Source: Schmidtea nova (lineage: Eukaryota). From it: DNA of 64,000 bases. The stretch covers positions 37,014,001 through 37,078,000 of the forward strand of contig CM097883.1 of NCBI GenBank assembly GCA_044892505.1, written 5' to 3'. Below are positions 60,201 to 64,000 of this stretch, in pieces (the stretch's first letter is position 1; every line of letters starts with the position of its first letter). The notes under the pieces are model-generated. The model had not been told where the DNA came from. It saw nothing but the letters and a program-made list of their open reading frames with translations, and made no database searches. Position numbers and translations under genes: made by a program.

Positions 60201-62771
60201 GCATTTCAAAGAGATACAATTAAATTTTAAAAAAATTTATTATAAAGGGTTGGAAAATTGAAATGTAAAATAATGACAATAAAAGAAAAAAATTAAATTT
60301 TACAAAGGATAAATATCTGAAAGAATAAAAAATCAGAAAATATTTTAGAAAAAATTATAAATTTTTAAGTTTTTATTTTATATTTTTAAATTTTTAACAA
60401 AGATCATTTTAAGAACAATTTAAAATTTAAAATTCATATTAATCAGATAAACATCCAATGAAAAAGAAGATAATTCACGAGAAAGAAACAGCGGAATGAA
60501 TGAAGATACCAGTTATTTGCCGAATTAGAGATTGGCAAGGATTATTTTATAATCGAAAATTTTCTCACTTAATAAAATTATTTATGCAGCAANNNNNNNN
60601 NNNNNNNNNNNNNNNNNNNNNNNNNNNNNNNNNNNNNNNNNNNNNNNNNNNNNNNNNNNNNNNNNNNNNNNNNNNNNNNNNNNNNNNNNNNNNNNNNNNN
60701 NNNNNNNNNNNNNNNNNNNNNNNNNNNNNNNNNNNNNNNNNNNNNNNNNNNNNNNNNNNNNNNNNNNNNNNNNNTAGCGATGCAAAAATAAGTAGAGCAC
60801 ACGTTTTCGACATCAGCACCTCCCAGTCAACCAAAGGGACCATCGGCAGCTGATGCACTGCCAGCCAGAATGTAGAAGATATACCACAGACAAAAACGAA
60901 CAATCGTAATAATTGAGTCAAAGCTAAAAGATTTCCTCAAATGGGATTTTCATTTTGCTCAAATCTACCGTGATTTGGTGAAAAATTAATCTGTGGAAAA
61001 ATAATGAATTTCCTTTTTATTATTTGTAATGTATTAGGAAGGGTGGTATTATTTATATGTACTTCACATTTAAAGGTGAATCCCGTAGGATCAAAAGGCT
61101 TATGTGACACGCTGAAATTATGCAACTAAATATAGAAATAGTGTAAGCCGTAAATTCAATCGTCACTTTAGGAATGGCTCCCATTGAACACAAGAAGCCA
61201 ATAAGACTGTACATACCTGTTAGATCAGCTGTGTGATGTAGACATCGGAAAATTGAAACACCGGGTCTTGGATATGAAAGCGAGATATTTTTCACCTCGG
61301 AAAATACGAGAGCAGACGAACAAACCGAGCGGGAAGTAATGACCATTGAAAACAATCAAATGAAACTCAGCATGAAATTTGTTAACAAAAATTCCGGAAA
61401 ATACGAATTTGAACAGGATAAATTACGAGAACAATTTTGAATTTATTTTTACTAAAATTATTTATTTAATATATAGAATCAATTTATAATTTTTTACAAA
61501 ATCATCTTATTTTAATTATAAAAACTGCGGATTTATTTATTGAGAACACTTCAAAAATATTTTAAATGTTTAAGTACGAGCTTTAAAAAATAGACAAATT
61601 AAGCAATAAATGGTTTCTAATTTGATATTATGACCTTTGCATAAAAGATTGTTAATACTTCATTTGTCAGTGTTTTATGGTAATTGTGATAATTTATTTT
61701 ATAAGGTCAATATCATTTTTTTAAATCAATTTATTTTTATTAAAAATTGTGTTATATCAATTTACAATTAGGACTTTAAAATATTTTAATTTACGATAAA
61801 TTTAAGAAGATAAGAAAACCTCCATGAAAAAACTGTCTATAAAGTTTGTTACGTCAAATATATTTTTGAAAATTTTTCTAAGTCTAAATTAAGTAGCTCA
61901 AATATAAAAAACTTGAAAATTTTTCTAAGTAAGAATTAACTATTAAGTGACACAACACTTTGTGACTCACATGGCAATGTAAGTGCAAGTTTAATAAAAA
62001 CAATGCAATCAAGCTGCAAGAATAACAAAGGTANNNNNNNNNNNNNNNNNNNNNNNNNNNNNNNNNNNNNNNNNNNNNNNNNNNNNNNNNNNNNNNNNNN
62101 NNNNNNNNNNNNNNNNNNNNNNNNNNNNNNNNNNNNNNNNNNNNNNNNNNNNNNNNNNNNNNNNNNNNNNNNNNNNNNNNNNNNNNNNNNNNNNNNNNNN
62201 NNNNNNNNNNNNNNNNNNNNNNNNNNNNNNNNNNNNNNNNNNNNNNNNNNNNNNNNNNNNNNNNNNNNNNNNNNNNNNNNNNNNNNNNNNNNNNNNNNNN
62301 NNNNNNNNNNNNNNNNNNNNNNNNNNNNNNNNNNNNNNNNNNNNNNNNNNNNNNNNNNNNNNNNNNNNNNNNNNNNNNNNNNNNNNNNNNNNNNNNNNNN
62401 NNNNNNNNNNNNNNNNNNNNNNNNNNNNNNNNNNNNNNNNNNNNNNNNNNNNNNNNNNNNNNNNNNNNNNNNNNNNNNNNNNNNNNNNNNNNNNNNNNNN
62501 NNNNNNNNNNNNNNNNNNNNNNNNNNNNNNNNNNNNNNNNNNNNNNNNNNNNNNNNNNNNNNNNNNNNNNNNNNNNNNNNNNNNNNNNNNNNNNNNNNNN
62601 NNNNNNNNNNNNNNNNNNNNNNNNNNNNNNNNNNNNNNNNNNNNNNNNNNNNNNNNNNNNNNTTTAAAATTTTCACTGGTCTATAAATTGAAAATATAAT
62701 AAAAATTTGGACAAGAAAAAAGTAAATTTGATAATATTAAAATTTATTTAATAGCATTTATTTAGCATTTA

Positions 62772-63203
62772 TTATGTAAATCGCGCACTGTGAATTCTCC
62801 AAATTGGAGTTATAACATTTTTTGTATCTACTTTATAACCCTTTATAACCCTTGTTTGGAACGCATAATGGAAACGAGTTTTTCTTTTATTGATGTAAAT
62901 TGTTTCTTTGCAACTTAAATTTTTATTGATTTTCAAAAAAACTTTATTTAGCGCAACAACACCTTCTTTAGATATATTTGCAGCTAAACTGCCATACAAT
63001 TACTTTGTTAATTTGACAGGATACGATAATCTAAAAGGTATTTCTTCTACCAAGAAATAAATTTGATAGTCATAATACATTTGGACTGGTTTGACTTCTG
63101 TCTTGATTTTTCTTTTAATGCCTTCTTTCTTGTTTTCTTCCCCATTGATTAGGTTGTTAAAAATATTATCATAAGTAGGAAAATTTGCTTTGTGTGATTG
63201 CAT
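62772..63203 (-). pseudogene. Unknown gene D, second copy (~143 codons, one in-frame stop)
   Basis: Two track ORFs in the same frame: KPVQMYYDYQIYFLVEEIPFRLSYPVKLTK*LYGSL..LNKVFLKINKNL..KTRF..IKGYKV..PIWRI. Confidence 0.75.
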
Positions 63204-64000
63204 TTTAATAATTGTGACATTATCTCAGAAATGGCTTTTTATTTATAGTCAAGAATTTATGTCTTTGTCTAATGAAAATGGCGCATTTATTTTACATGTA
63301 TTTGTTGCATGTCTTTGTTGCACGTGTACCTTTGTCACAAATTATATATAATTGATACATGTGTGCGTCTTTTTATGTAGTAAAATGTTTTAGTTAATGT
63401 CTTTATTTAAAATGTGTATATATTTAATAAATGTTCATGTCTTTATTTATTTGTCAAATTATTTAAAAATTATTTTAATAAAGAAAACCTCAATATTAAT
63501 AAAAAACATTACTATTTAAAGTAAAAAACTAAGAAATTGGCCTAAGAAATTTGACCTACTTAATTTGTCCTCAATGTGGCCTGAAATCAACCTACTTTTG
63601 ACTTTAAAGTGTCCTTAAAACTGTGTATGTTATACATGTGTGTATGTCTTTGTTGCAACTGTATCTTTGTCACATATATATATATATATATATATATATG
63701 CAGTGAAAATCAAAATATTTGGATTGAAAAAAAAATTTATAAAATTTTACCTGTTAATATTTGCAACATAGGTTTCTATTTTCATTTAGATAAATTATAA
63801 ATAAAAGATTTTACGAAACAAAGTGTAGTTTTTTATTTTTATAATATTTAACGTGTAATTACGGATATCTTACATAATTTTTGTAAAATAACAATTAATT
63901 AAAAATGTCTACAACTTACTTAGCCAAAGGTGGGAAGTTCTATATAAATGTCGCCGTTACCCTTTATTCTTATTTGTACATATATTTCTATTCCGTTAAG

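Overview
This is not prokaryotic DNA. It is a strongly AT-rich eukaryotic, probably invertebrate animal, window that behaves as a nested transposon graveyard. There is no confidently identifiable host gene, rRNA, tRNA or CRISPR array, and there are 8 N-runs. Recognisable known elements: three hAT transposons bounded by TIRs and 8-bp TSDs (6374-9780, 24543-27025, 36280-40785) plus hAT fragments; two MULE/Mutator elements (52743-55452 has an intact 450-aa transposase); mariner, piggyBac, Tigger/pogo, Gypsy gag-protease, Penelope GIY-YIG and LINE remnants; and several MITEs. Three things are not explained by these. (1) A family of ~3-3.7 kb TG...CA units that look like giant solo LTRs. One copy (36633-39797) has a perfect 4-bp TSD and splits a hAT reading frame. 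These units carry a CCAAT/TATA promoter, two unknown protein genes each preceded by a splice acceptor, and a conserved three-way-junction RNA motif with covarying stems. Two gene-bearing copies and about five further copies or fragments occur in the window. (2) An intact, intronless 571-codon orphan ORF (4280-5995, minus strand) just downstream of one such unit. (3) Virus-like gene relics: a compact intronless TBP-fold gene next to an unknown gene that recurs at 62.8-63.2 kb, and a fragment resembling a CRESS-DNA-virus Rep P-loop helicase. All alignments and translations outside the supplied ORF track were made by eye and no database was searched, so family names are motif-based and novelty is unverified.
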